From Bacteroidota bacterium (GTDB taxonomy: Bacteria; Bacteroidota; Bacteroidia; UKL13-3), in assembly GCA_051715425.1 (NCBI GenBank), contig JBPXJS010000041.1, positions 336,360 to 400,359 of the forward strand: a stretch of DNA of 64,000 nucleotides. Reading direction: 5' to 3'. Below the pieces are notes generated by a model, which saw only the letters and a list, made by a program, of their open reading frames with translations, was not told where the DNA came from and made no database searches. The position numbers and the translations under genes are program-made. Below are positions 36,525 through 45,819 of this stretch, piece after piece (position 1 is the first letter of the stretch; each line of letters starts with the position of its first letter).

Positions 36525-36741
36525 AGTAAAGGAAATAATGGCTGCTGTTTTCGAAACAGAGCCATCATTAATTAATGAAAACAGCAGTCCCGATAATATC
36601 GAGAACTGGGATTCTATCAGACATATGAATCTGATTGTTGCCCTTGAGGAGGAATTCGGAATCCAGTTTAATGATGACCAGATTGCCGACATGACCAACT
36701 TTAAGCTGGTAATTGCTACCCTAAAAGAATTTAGTTTATAG
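36514..36741 (+). CDS. Acyl carrier protein (phosphopantetheine attachment site).
   Basis: 75 aa, acidic. WDSIRHMNLIVALEEEFGIQF has the Ser (DSI) attachment motif and helix II. Confidence 0.75.
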   Translation: MENKVKEIMAAVFETEPSLINENSSPDNIENWDSIRHMNLIVALEEEFGIQFNDDQIADMTNFKLVIATLKEFSL

Positions 36742-36745
36742 GTTT

Positions 36746-37309
36746 ATGCTTAAAGCAATTGGCTACTTCCATGCGATTCTTAATTATGCTTATAAATATT
36801 ATTTGCAGATTAAGCACTACCCAAAATTAAAGATAGAGGGTCGCCCCTTGATTGGAAAAAGGGTTCGGTTTATTCTGGCAACAGGTTCCAAAACCACTAT
36901 TGGAAAAGGGGTAATGATTTCTGATGATGTGATTATCCAGGCATGGGCTGGAGCACAAATAACTATTGGAAAGAAATGCTTCTTTAACAGAACAGTATCG
37001 CTTATTGTTCATGAGAAACTGGAAATAGGCAACGAAGTAATGCTTGGAGAAAATGTGAAAGTTTATGACAATGAACATGTGATAAACGGGAATAAGGTGG
37101 AGCGAAAATTGTTTAATACGGCTCCTGTTGTTATCCGTGATAATTGCTGGATTGCCAACAGTGCGGTTGTATTGAAAGGAACAACCATGGGGCCAAATAC
37201 ACTAGTTGCAGCATTAACAATGGCCTCCGGCAATCTGGAAGCCAACGCCATGTATATGGGTGTACCATGCAGAAAATTAAAAAAACTGGAAACGGAGGAA
37301 TCAAAATAA
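36746..37309 (+). CDS. Left-handed beta-helix (hexapeptide repeat) acetyltransferase (WbbJ/PglD/LegH-like).
   Basis: Repeating [LIV]-G-x4 hexapeptides: IGKGVMISDDVII, IGNEVMLGENVKV, IRDNCWIANSAVV. Confidence 0.75.
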   Translation: MLKAIGYFHAILNYAYKYYLQIKHYPKLKIEGRPLIGKRVRFILATGSKTTIGKGVMISDDVIIQAWAGAQITIGKKCFFNRTVSLIVHEKLEIGNEVMLGENVKVYDNEHVINGNKVERKLFNTAPVVIRDNCWIANSAVVLKGTTMGPNTLVAALTMASGNLEANAMYMGVPCRKLKKLETEESK

Positions 37310-39163
37310 ATGTGTGGAATTGCCGGTATAATCGGAAATAACGCTTCAGAAAAAAGCATTGATGAGATGCTTAAGGCTACCAGGCACAGGGGGCCGGATG
37401 ATTATGGCATAGCCTCCTTTGAAGGCGCTGCTATCGGCATGAACCGCCTGGCCATCATTGATCTTTCTGCACTTGCTCATCAGCCCATGCTAAGCAAGGA
37501 TGGAAGATATGCCATTGTATATAACGGAGAAATATATAACTACCTGGAAATTAGAAAAGAACTCGAAAAACAAGGTGAGTTCTTTTTATCCAACTCTGAT
37601 ACCGAGGTTCTTTTAAGGGCTTTCCTTGTTTACGGTAAGGCTTGCCTTTCAAAAATACGGGGCATGTTTGCCTTTGTGATCTGGGATAAAGAAACACAAA
37701 CAGCTTTTGGAGCCAGAGATCACCTCGGCATAAAACCATTTATTTATAGTGTAAGGGATAATAACCTGATTTTTTGTTCAGAATTAAAAGGTTTTCTTGC
37801 CCTAAACAGCTACAACTGGATTCCCGATGACTACTCCGTGTCAGAGTATCTGATGCGTGGATACATTACAGCTCCATCCACCATACTCAAGGATATTTAC
37901 TCCTTGCTTCCGGGAAACTGTTTTGAGTTCAAAAATGGGGAATTAACTATTTCGACATACTGGGACTTAAAAGAAAACGAGCTACCGGCTCTGCCTGAGA
38001 AAGAAATGCTAAGCACCATCAAACAACATGTACTTGATGCGGTTAAAGAACAACAGGTTTCTGATGTTCCGTTGGGAGTATTTCTTAGCGGTGGGCTCGA
38101 TTCTTCCATAGTAGTGTCTGCCATGAGAGAATCCGGTATAAAAAAGATAAAAACGTTCTCCATAGGTTTGCAAAATGATTCAACTGAGCTTGATGAATCA
38201 TCTGATGCCCGCATTACTTCAGCCTTCTTTCAAACGGATCATTATGAGTTTATGCTAACGGGTGAAGAAATAACATCAAAATTTCATCATTATTATAAAA
38301 TGCTGGATCAGCCATCCGTTGATGGTTTAAACACCTATCTGGTAAGCGAAATGGCGAGAAAGGAGGTTACTGTGGCATTGTCAGGATTAGGAGGAGATGA
38401 GTTATTTGGAGGATATAGCTGGCAAACCAAACCATACCTTACATCGGCTTATAAAAAAACTGCGGCAAACATACTAAACCCAATAAAAAACTTTCTTCCA
38501 GGCTCACTTTCAAATAAAGTTAAAAGTACCTTACTGATGAATGATATGCATGATTATTACAAAAACCTGCATACAACTTTTTCAGAAAATGAGTGGGACA
38601 CCGTGCCCAATTCACCCATTAAAAAAGAATCTATTTTAGATAAAGTACTTTCTGCATACCAGCTTAAAGTGGCAGATAAAATGAGGCAGATTACGTATTA
38701 TGACATGAAAGTTTTTATGGCTTCGCGGTTATTAAGAGATAATGATGCGGTAGCAATGGGGCATTCCCTTGAAGTACGTTTTCCATTTATTGATTACCGG
38801 CTGTGTGAGTTTGCATGGAATATTAAAACAGAACAGAAAAGAAACGGATTTTCTGCCGACCCGGGATATGGAAATGGAACAAAAAAACTGCTCTATGAAG
38901 CGTTCAGGAATCAGCTCCCTCCTGATATTGCAAAGAGAACAAAGAAAGGATTTAAATTGCCTTATCAACTTTGGTTTAAAACTACACTGAAGAATGAAGT
39001 AGATCTAATCTGGACAAGCCCGTACCTGAGCAAATATATCAGGAAAGAAAAACTTGTTGAGATAAAACAAGGTTGGGAAAACGGGAAGGTGAACTGGGTA
39101 ATTATTCTTCAACTATTAACCCTTGACGGATGGTTCCGTCATGTTTATGAGCGCACCCCTTAA
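37310..39163 (+). CDS. Asparagine synthetase B-family glutamine-dependent amidotransferase (PseA/WbpS-like).
   Basis: MCGIAGI N-terminal nucleophile Cys. PP-loop FLSGGLDSS. 617 aa. Confidence 0.85.
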   Translation: MCGIAGIIGNNASEKSIDEMLKATRHRGPDDYGIASFEGAAIGMNRLAIIDLSALAHQPMLSKDGRYAIVYNGEIYNYLEIRKELEKQGEFFLSNSDTEVLLRAFLVYGKACLSKIRGMFAFVIWDKETQTAFGARDHLGIKPFIYSVRDNNLIFCSELKGFLALNSYNWIPDDYSVSEYLMRGYITAPSTILKDIYSLLPGNCFEFKNGELTISTYWDLKENELPALPEKEMLSTIKQHVLDAVKEQQVSDVPLGVFLSGGLDSSIVVSAMRESGIKKIKTFSIGLQNDSTELDESSDARITSAFFQTDHYEFMLTGEEITSKFHHYYKMLDQPSVDGLNTYLVSEMARKEVTVALSGLGGDELFGGYSWQTKPYLTSAYKKTAANILNPIKNFLPGSLSNKVKSTLLMNDMHDYYKNLHTTFSENEWDTVPNSPIKKESILDKVLSAYQLKVADKMRQITYYDMKVFMASRLLRDNDAVAMGHSLEVRFPFIDYRLCEFAWNIKTEQKRNGFSADPGYGNGTKKLLYEAFRNQLPPDIAKRTKKGFKLPYQLWFKTTLKNEVDLIWTSPYLSKYIRKEKLVEIKQGWENGKVNWVIILQLLTLDGWFRHVYERTP

Positions 39164-40349
39164 TATCGTATACATTCATCAGGATGGTCATATAACCGGA
39201 TCTGCTATCAGCTTAAAAAATCTGATCAGCGGATTTTTACCGGGTCAGGTAAATCCAACACTAATCATTCCAACTGAAGGGCCTTTGAGAGCTTTTATGG
39301 AAGAAGCGGGCATTCAGGTGATTTGTGCTCCCTTTCAATCATTTTGGACCTTTCCTGGTCCGAGGTGGTTTTCGAGAAATAATTTTAAGATGTACAAGGC
39401 TCTGATACCCGACAAGAAACTTTTGAAGTTGATAAGGGATCTTAAACCGGATATTATTCATATTAATGATAAAGCTGCAATGGCTGCCGGTATTTCCCTC
39501 AGAAAGTCTGGTATTCCTATTATACAACACCTGAGAAGCAACTTTCATAAAACTAAATTCAGGTTTAATAAATGGTTATCTGTATGGCTTACTAAAAGAT
39601 ATGCTGATTTATTCATCGCTATTTCAGAAGATGAAACGGATGGTTTTGATCGTGTATCCAACCTTCATATCATTTACAATACCATACATCCCTCCCTCTC
39701 TGCAAAAGCTCTTGCCAATAAGAAAAATATCCGTGAAGAGTTTAATATCCGTTCAGAAGATGTGGTTGTTTGTTATGTGGGCCTTTACAACGAATTAAAA
39801 GGTGCATGGGATTATATAGATACATGTGGTCGATTAAAGAAAAAACTGCCCCACAAAAAATTCCATTTCTTTTTCATTGGTCCCATTCCCTCACCGGATG
39901 TTAAACTAAATGAACATGGCACCCTTATCAACCCATACGATAAGGCAAAAAAACTTGCTGATGAAGCAGGAATAAGAGAAGAGATGATATTCACCGGATA
40001 CAGAAAAGATGCCCTGAGCCTGATTGCTGCTTCTGATCTGCTGTTGATTATGAATAAGCAGGGCGTGCTGGGCCGTCAACCCTTTGAAGCCATGTCGGTA
40101 GGTGTTCCTGTAATTGCAGTTGCAGGGCAAAGCAGCAAAACCAATATAGTTCGTTCAGGGGTAAATGGTATTCTTCTTAAAGAATATTCACCGGGGCTTA
40201 TTGCAGAAGAAGCTGCCCGTATGCTCTCTGACCGGAACTATTGCCATCAACTTGGCAATGCAGGCAAAGAAATAGCTGACACTGAATTTAACCCACTGAT
40301 TAACTCACAGAAGGTAATCAAACTTTACCACAGCCTCATAAAAAATTGA
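39147..40349 (+). CDS. GT4-family (GT-B) glycosyltransferase.
   Basis: The C-terminal GQPFEAMSVGVPVIAV matches the GT4 E-x7-E region. Start is uncertain (39123, 39141 or 39147) and overlaps the asnB-like stop. Confidence 0.7.
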   Translation: MSAPLNIVYIHQDGHITGSAISLKNLISGFLPGQVNPTLIIPTEGPLRAFMEEAGIQVICAPFQSFWTFPGPRWFSRNNFKMYKALIPDKKLLKLIRDLKPDIIHINDKAAMAAGISLRKSGIPIIQHLRSNFHKTKFRFNKWLSVWLTKRYADLFIAISEDETDGFDRVSNLHIIYNTIHPSLSAKALANKKNIREEFNIRSEDVVVCYVGLYNELKGAWDYIDTCGRLKKKLPHKKFHFFFIGPIPSPDVKLNEHGTLINPYDKAKKLADEAGIREEMIFTGYRKDALSLIAASDLLLIMNKQGVLGRQPFEAMSVGVPVIAVAGQSSKTNIVRSGVNGILLKEYSPGLIAEEAARMLSDRNYCHQLGNAGKEIADTEFNPLINSQKVIKLYHSLIKN

Positions 40350-41209
40350 AACCCGCCAACCCGTCTTTACAAATTGAAGGTCGCTCAGGATGTGAGCTCA
40401 AAATCATACAGCGTGATGGTGGTATATTTGTACGCAAATATTCCAGTAATGAATTGTATAACGAAAGGCTTGTTAAACAACAAGAGAAACAGGCCTCATT
40501 CAATGACCCAACATTAGTGCAATTCGGTTTTTCAACCCCCCAGGTCTTTCAAACCGGCAACGAGGGCAACCTGTTTTGGTTTGAGATGAATTATGTTGGT
40601 GGTGAAAAGTATTCCAACTACCTTCAAAGAATAAATAAACCGGAAATCGACCAACTGATTAACCGTTTTATTAAATACTTTGAGTTTCAGTTTGCCAAAG
40701 CGGAAACGATTGATGTACCCGTATTAATCATTCAGGATAAAATAAAATCCCTTGAAACTGCGGTAAATAATAACGCTGAAATAAATGCGGTACTGAGAGA
40801 AAAGCTCCTGTCTTATTTGCAAAAAAATATTCCTTCACATACAATCGGTATAGGGCAATGTCATGGAGACCTTACTCTCTCCAATATGCTTTTTCTCAAC
40901 AACGGACATATCGTTACCTTTGATCTTCTTGATTCCTTTATTGAATCACCTGTTATTGATTTTGTGAAACTCAGACAGGATACCCGATACGGCTGGTCCA
41001 TTTTTATTGAGGATATTGACACCAATACAAGGCTTAAGCAGGTATTACGTTACCTGGATAATGCGCTGGTTGAATATGCTCAAAGCAAATCCGATCTTAT
41101 TCACTGGGAGCATTATCTTACGGTGTTTAACTTTGCCAGAATATTGCCTTACGCAAAAGACCTCAGGGATTTACATTTTATAGAAAACAAATTGAATAAC
41201 TTAATATAA
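40346..41209 (+). CDS. Aminoglycoside-phosphotransferase-fold kinase (choline/ethanolamine kinase or anomeric sugar kinase, LicA/NahK/AmgK-like).
   Basis: Catalytic loop GQCHGDLTLSNMLF (H-G-D-x4-N), followed by the IVTFDLLDS metal-binding Asp. Confidence 0.7.
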   Translation: MKPANPSLQIEGRSGCELKIIQRDGGIFVRKYSSNELYNERLVKQQEKQASFNDPTLVQFGFSTPQVFQTGNEGNLFWFEMNYVGGEKYSNYLQRINKPEIDQLINRFIKYFEFQFAKAETIDVPVLIIQDKIKSLETAVNNNAEINAVLREKLLSYLQKNIPSHTIGIGQCHGDLTLSNMLFLNNGHIVTFDLLDSFIESPVIDFVKLRQDTRYGWSIFIEDIDTNTRLKQVLRYLDNALVEYAQSKSDLIHWEHYLTVFNFARILPYAKDLRDLHFIENKLNNLI

Positions 41210-41210
41210 T

Positions 41211-42287
41211 ATGATACTTATTGTACCTATGGCTGGCCGATCGAGCCGCTTTCCAAATATGAAACCCAAGTGGATGCTAACACACCCCAGCGGGCGTTTT
41301 ATGGTAATTGAAGCTATTAACGGGCTGAACCTTTCAGACTTTAGCAAAATTGTTTTTGTTTGCCTGAAAGAGCATGAAGAATTACACGGATTTACCAAAG
41401 GGTTCAGGGAAGAGCTTGAATCTTTAGGAATAAATGATAAAAGCGAAATATTATACCTTGAAACTACGACAAGACACCAATCTGAAACCGTGGCCAAGGC
41501 GATTGAACACTACCATATAACGGGTCCAGTGTTTGTTAAAGATTCGGATAATTATTTCACAGTTAGGTATACTGGAAATAATACCGTTTGTTTTTACGAC
41601 CTTAATTCATCGGGGTTAATAAAGCCTAAAAACAAAAGTTACATTTCATTTGATGAACATGGTTATATCAACAATATTGTAGAAAAGCAGGTAATCAGTT
41701 CGAGTTTCTGCGTTGGAGGTTATGGATTTGCCTCAGCAGGTGAGTTTATTTCCTATATGAATAAGATTGACAATGAAGGAGAGGTATACCTTAGCAATGT
41801 GATCTTTGAAATGATTCTTGACGGTAAGAAATTCAGCAGTACCATAGTAGATCATTACAAGGATTGGGGAACCCTTGAAGATTGGGATCGGTTCAAGCGT
41901 TCGTATGCCACCTTGTTTTTGGATATTGACGGCACTTTGGTGAAAAACTCCTCAGCTCATTTTCCTCCTTATATTGGGAATACACCAGCCCTGACCGAGA
42001 ATATAGAGATCATTAAAAAGCTGTATGAGAGCGGTAAATTTCAGGTGATACTTACTACATCACGTCCGGAGAAATACAGAAAGGAAACCGTAAACCAAAT
42101 GGAAAAAGAAGGCATTCCTTTCAACCACCTCATCATGGGGCTTTATCACGCTAAGAGAATTATTATAAATGATTACAGCAAATCAAATCCGTACAAAAGC
42201 TGTGACGCCATCAACCTGAAAAGGGATGCACAGGATCTTAAAGAGATATTAAGGGAATCATTGGGAATTGATTACGAAGAAATTTAA
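41211..42287 (+). CDS. Fusion of an N-terminal sugar-phosphate / phospho-alcohol nucleotidyltransferase (LicC/MurU-like) and a C-terminal HAD-family phosphatase.
   Basis: N-terminus ILIVPMAGRSSRF (G-x-G-x-R NT motif). C-terminus LFLDIDGTLVKNS (HAD DxDxT) and ILTTSRPE. Confidence 0.65.
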   Translation: MILIVPMAGRSSRFPNMKPKWMLTHPSGRFMVIEAINGLNLSDFSKIVFVCLKEHEELHGFTKGFREELESLGINDKSEILYLETTTRHQSETVAKAIEHYHITGPVFVKDSDNYFTVRYTGNNTVCFYDLNSSGLIKPKNKSYISFDEHGYINNIVEKQVISSSFCVGGYGFASAGEFISYMNKIDNEGEVYLSNVIFEMILDGKKFSSTIVDHYKDWGTLEDWDRFKRSYATLFLDIDGTLVKNSSAHFPPYIGNTPALTENIEIIKKLYESGKFQVILTTSRPEKYRKETVNQMEKEGIPFNHLIMGLYHAKRIIINDYSKSNPYKSCDAINLKRDAQDLKEILRESLGIDYEEI

Positions 42288-42294
42288 CTACAAT

Positions 42295-43224
42295 ATGAAT
42301 TACACTACACAAAAATTGGTTCCAGGTAAACTCAATGATTTACACTGGCTTCACAAAAAATCCTTTAACTCAAAATATGATTTCACCTACTTTAAGGATA
42401 AATACAATACACAAGCTTACCACGAAGACTTAATCGGCTTCTTTAGCTATGCTGATGAAACACCTGCCGCATATTATGGCATTTTTCCGATAGCGCTTAT
42501 GTATAACGGCACCAAGGTAATTGCCTCCCAATCTGGTGACACCATGACCCATCCTGATCACAGAGGTAAAGGTCTATTTGTTGACTTAGCAAAGAAAACA
42601 TACCAATTTGCCGGGGAATCAGGTATCAAGTTTGTGTTAGGCTTTACAAACACAAAATCACACCGGGGTTTTGAAAAACTTGGATGGACCTTCACAGGGA
42701 AATGGAAAGTGTTTACTATTGAAAATAAGCTGCCTGATACCTCTATTGTATTTAGAAAATTTCCTTTCTTAAAAAGAATATTCACAAATTGGTTAAAAAA
42801 GTACGTTGTAAAATTTGATCAAATAAAATGGGAATCGTTCATACCAGAAGGAGTTAAAGGTTATGTATTAAAAGACAGTGATTTTTTTGAATATAAAAAA
42901 TACAGTAATGCGCAATTAGTAAGTATCGATGGCTTTCATTTATATCTAAATATAAATCCATACCTGTTGCTTGGTGATGTTTCATATTTTCCTTATGATA
43001 AAATGCCTGCTTTTTTAGCTGTACTGCAAAAAATCGCAAAAAAATCTCTTGTAAAAAAAGTAAGCATAAGTATTTCTGAGAACCACTGGTTAACTGATTA
43101 CTTTAACAAGTCAGGCTTTACGCCTCAGGAATCTTCCAGTACAATTGGTTATTATAATTTTAGTACAGATCACTTTGACTTTAAATCCATCATGCACATT
43201 CAAGGTGATGCTGATTATTTTTAA
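42295..43224 (+). CDS. GNAT / FemAB-like acyltransferase (paralog of 22320-23318).
   Basis: See the paralog alignment for 22320-23318. Start set at MNYTTQ after the upstream stop (the track ORF starts at 42268). Confidence 0.4.
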   Translation: MNYTTQKLVPGKLNDLHWLHKKSFNSKYDFTYFKDKYNTQAYHEDLIGFFSYADETPAAYYGIFPIALMYNGTKVIASQSGDTMTHPDHRGKGLFVDLAKKTYQFAGESGIKFVLGFTNTKSHRGFEKLGWTFTGKWKVFTIENKLPDTSIVFRKFPFLKRIFTNWLKKYVVKFDQIKWESFIPEGVKGYVLKDSDFFEYKKYSNAQLVSIDGFHLYLNINPYLLLGDVSYFPYDKMPAFLAVLQKIAKKSLVKKVSISISENHWLTDYFNKSGFTPQESSSTIGYYNFSTDHFDFKSIMHIQGDADYF

Positions 43225-43227
43225 TCT

Positions 43228-44688
43228 ATGAATATCATTATAGAGTCTACGGTACTGGAAAAGTGGCAACATTCATTGCTTTCTCATCTTCATGAGCATT
43301 CCTCTGATGAAATCAGAATATTCTCATTAGGATTAAAAAATAAATCATCAGGCGGATTAATAAACCTTATTACATTCTTTGAAAATCGCATCAGAAAAAT
43401 TAATAACCTGTCATATAAAGCAACTCCACTTCAAAATGTTGAGGTTTTAAGCATAAGTGACTTAAAATCCTCCTTAGCGGGAAATTCTATAATCAATCTG
43501 ACTGAAACAGACATTTGTGCTTCAGGAGTTATTCCAAAGGATATTTCTGTTTCCGAAATATATTACGCAACAGAAAGCAGTCAATTTACGCGTAGTCCTT
43601 ATGTGATATTTACAAATTCAGACACATTATATATTAAAGCAGTAACCAAATTAAATGGGGAAATAATTCATTCTGCTACGACAAGAACCAGCAATAACCA
43701 GTATTTTACGAGCAAATCTCTTAGTGACCTGAAATGGAACTCTCTAGAACTTTTAAAGCTTTTACTTAAAACTAAAGACCAGGGTAAACAGGCAGAATCG
43801 ATAAAAGTCAATTCCTGGAAACCTCTGATGATTTTGTTTCCAGCAATGCAGAAAACTTTGAATTTGTTTATATCAAAATTTTTCACCTCCAAAAACACCA
43901 AATGGACAATTGCATTAAAGAATAAAAATACAAATATCACTAGCACCCTTATTCCTGAAAAAGATTACTTTCTGGCAGATCCTTTCATAGTTGAGGAAGA
44001 TTCACAATTACACCTTTTTGTTGAGCATTTTTCCTATCCATTAAATAAGGGGTTGCTTTCTTACATTAATATTGAAAACAATTCCATATCCGAACCCGTA
44101 TTAATTCTGGAAGAGCCTTTTCACCTCTCCTACCCTCACGTATTTTTTCATGAAGGCTGTTATTACATGATTCCTGAAACCCGTCAAAGCAATTCTGTAA
44201 GGCTATATAAATGTATTGAATTTCCCTTAAAATGGTCTTTTTTGAAAACCATTATTGATCATACTCAACTTTCAGATGTTACACTTTTTAAACACGACAG
44301 TATTTACTGGATGTTTGCCAATACATGCGTAGAAAACACCAATAACAGTATAGAAAAGCTACACCTTTTTTATACAGACGATCCAATTAATAGTGAGTGG
44401 CAATCTCACCCATTAAATCCTATTGTGAGTGATGTGTGTAGTTCCAGACCCGCAGGTAATCTCTTTGTAAAAGAGGGTAAAATTTACCGTCCCTCACAGG
44501 ATTCGGGTAAAACATATGGGTATGCGGTAAACATTAATGAAATAGTTTGCCTTTCTAAAAACAATTACGAAGAAAGACTTATTCGTAAGATAAGTCCTGA
44601 TGATGTTTCGTTAAATGCACTTGCCACGCATACTTATAATCAAACAGCCTCCTATGAGGTATTCGATATCATAACAAAATTAAAATGA
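43228..44688 (+). CDS. Hypothetical protein. The C-terminal half looks like a beta-propeller or GH-like sandwich domain.
   Basis: 486 aa. No confident motif. The C-terminal segment FLADPFIVEED...YYMIPETRQ...IYWMFAN recurs in glycan-locus proteins of unknown function. Confidence 0.3.
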   Translation: MNIIIESTVLEKWQHSLLSHLHEHSSDEIRIFSLGLKNKSSGGLINLITFFENRIRKINNLSYKATPLQNVEVLSISDLKSSLAGNSIINLTETDICASGVIPKDISVSEIYYATESSQFTRSPYVIFTNSDTLYIKAVTKLNGEIIHSATTRTSNNQYFTSKSLSDLKWNSLELLKLLLKTKDQGKQAESIKVNSWKPLMILFPAMQKTLNLFISKFFTSKNTKWTIALKNKNTNITSTLIPEKDYFLADPFIVEEDSQLHLFVEHFSYPLNKGLLSYINIENNSISEPVLILEEPFHLSYPHVFFHEGCYYMIPETRQSNSVRLYKCIEFPLKWSFLKTIIDHTQLSDVTLFKHDSIYWMFANTCVENTNNSIEKLHLFYTDDPINSEWQSHPLNPIVSDVCSSRPAGNLFVKEGKIYRPSQDSGKTYGYAVNINEIVCLSKNNYEERLIRKISPDDVSLNALATHTYNQTASYEVFDIITKLK

Positions 44689-45734
44689 ATTCACCTTTCT
44701 TTTCCATTTGCATCCCAAACTTCAACTATGGGAATTACCTCCATGAAACGATAGACAGCGTTCTTAGCCAGGATTTTAATGATTTTGAAATTTGTATTGC
44801 TGATAATAAAAGTACTGATAACTCCTGGGAAGTCATTACTGAATACACGAATAAACATAACAACATCAAAGCAATACAGAACACTCAAAATCTTGGATTT
44901 GCTGGTAATTTAGACGCGGTAAGCAAAATCTCAACCGGGAAATGGATGATTATGCTGTCTTCTGATGATTTAATGGAACCAGGGGCATTAAGCCTTTATT
45001 ATAAATGTATCACCAAAGATAATAATACCTTTAATGTATACAATTCAAGTGTAACTCAGTTTAACAATGACAAACCAGAGGAGCAAAAACATATAGGATA
45101 TAGGAAGCCTATCTGGAATAACACCGATAAATCTGAACATTGGACTACCATATTGGGATGCGAAACATATACCAAAAGCTGCAACAAATTACTCCATCTT
45201 GGATTGAAGACATCTAAGAGCCCTTTTAATTTTGTGTCCTTATGCTATTCACGGGAAATTTATAATCTTGTTTCAGGATATGGATCCACTCGCATGATTA
45301 ATCCTGATAAGTGGTTTCACTTTCGCTTGTGTTCGGTTGCCAATGAGGCAATATATATGGATCAGGTTTGTTTTAAATACCGTTGGCATAACAATAACCA
45401 AACAGCACAACAAACGCAGTCGGGAGCGTTGAAGTTTTGGATTGACGAATACAGAACAAGTTTTGAAGTTGACAAAGACTTGCTTCAAAAAATAGGGTTA
45501 AATCAACTGGATGTAAAAAAAGCGTATATCGAAAATGTAATATTGCCTTATATGCTCAGGCATCTTAGATTAAAAGAAAGGAAAATGTCCTGGCGGATTC
45601 TATATTTAGGACTTGCTACTTATCCTGAAATTTGCTTTAGAGATTTTAGATTTTATTTCCTGTTTATTTTATTAACTCTCGGACCACTTGGGAGTTTGAT
45701 TTCAAAACTTTACACCTCCTCCCCTAATAAATGA
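44685..45734 (+). CDS. GT2-family glycosyltransferase.
   Basis: FSICIPNFNYGNYLHETIDSVLSQ and MLSSDD (DxD). Confidence 0.8.
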   Translation: MNSPFFSICIPNFNYGNYLHETIDSVLSQDFNDFEICIADNKSTDNSWEVITEYTNKHNNIKAIQNTQNLGFAGNLDAVSKISTGKWMIMLSSDDLMEPGALSLYYKCITKDNNTFNVYNSSVTQFNNDKPEEQKHIGYRKPIWNNTDKSEHWTTILGCETYTKSCNKLLHLGLKTSKSPFNFVSLCYSREIYNLVSGYGSTRMINPDKWFHFRLCSVANEAIYMDQVCFKYRWHNNNQTAQQTQSGALKFWIDEYRTSFEVDKDLLQKIGLNQLDVKKAYIENVILPYMLRHLRLKERKMSWRILYLGLATYPEICFRDFRFYFLFILLTLGPLGSLISKLYTSSPNK

Positions 45735-45819
45735 AAAAGGCAGACATGGTTTTGCTCAAATGATAAAAAGTTAACAAACCGCATACCCATTTTTACTTAA
45801 AACCAGACTTTCCCATAGT

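Noticed and set aside
36514-36741. ACP as part of fatty-acid synthesis (acpP)
   Set aside because: It is embedded between glycan GT-B transferase and acyltransferase genes, next to FkbH-like and MaoC-SDR genes. No fabD/fabH/fabF genes are in the window. A dedicated carrier for sugar acylation is more parsimonious.
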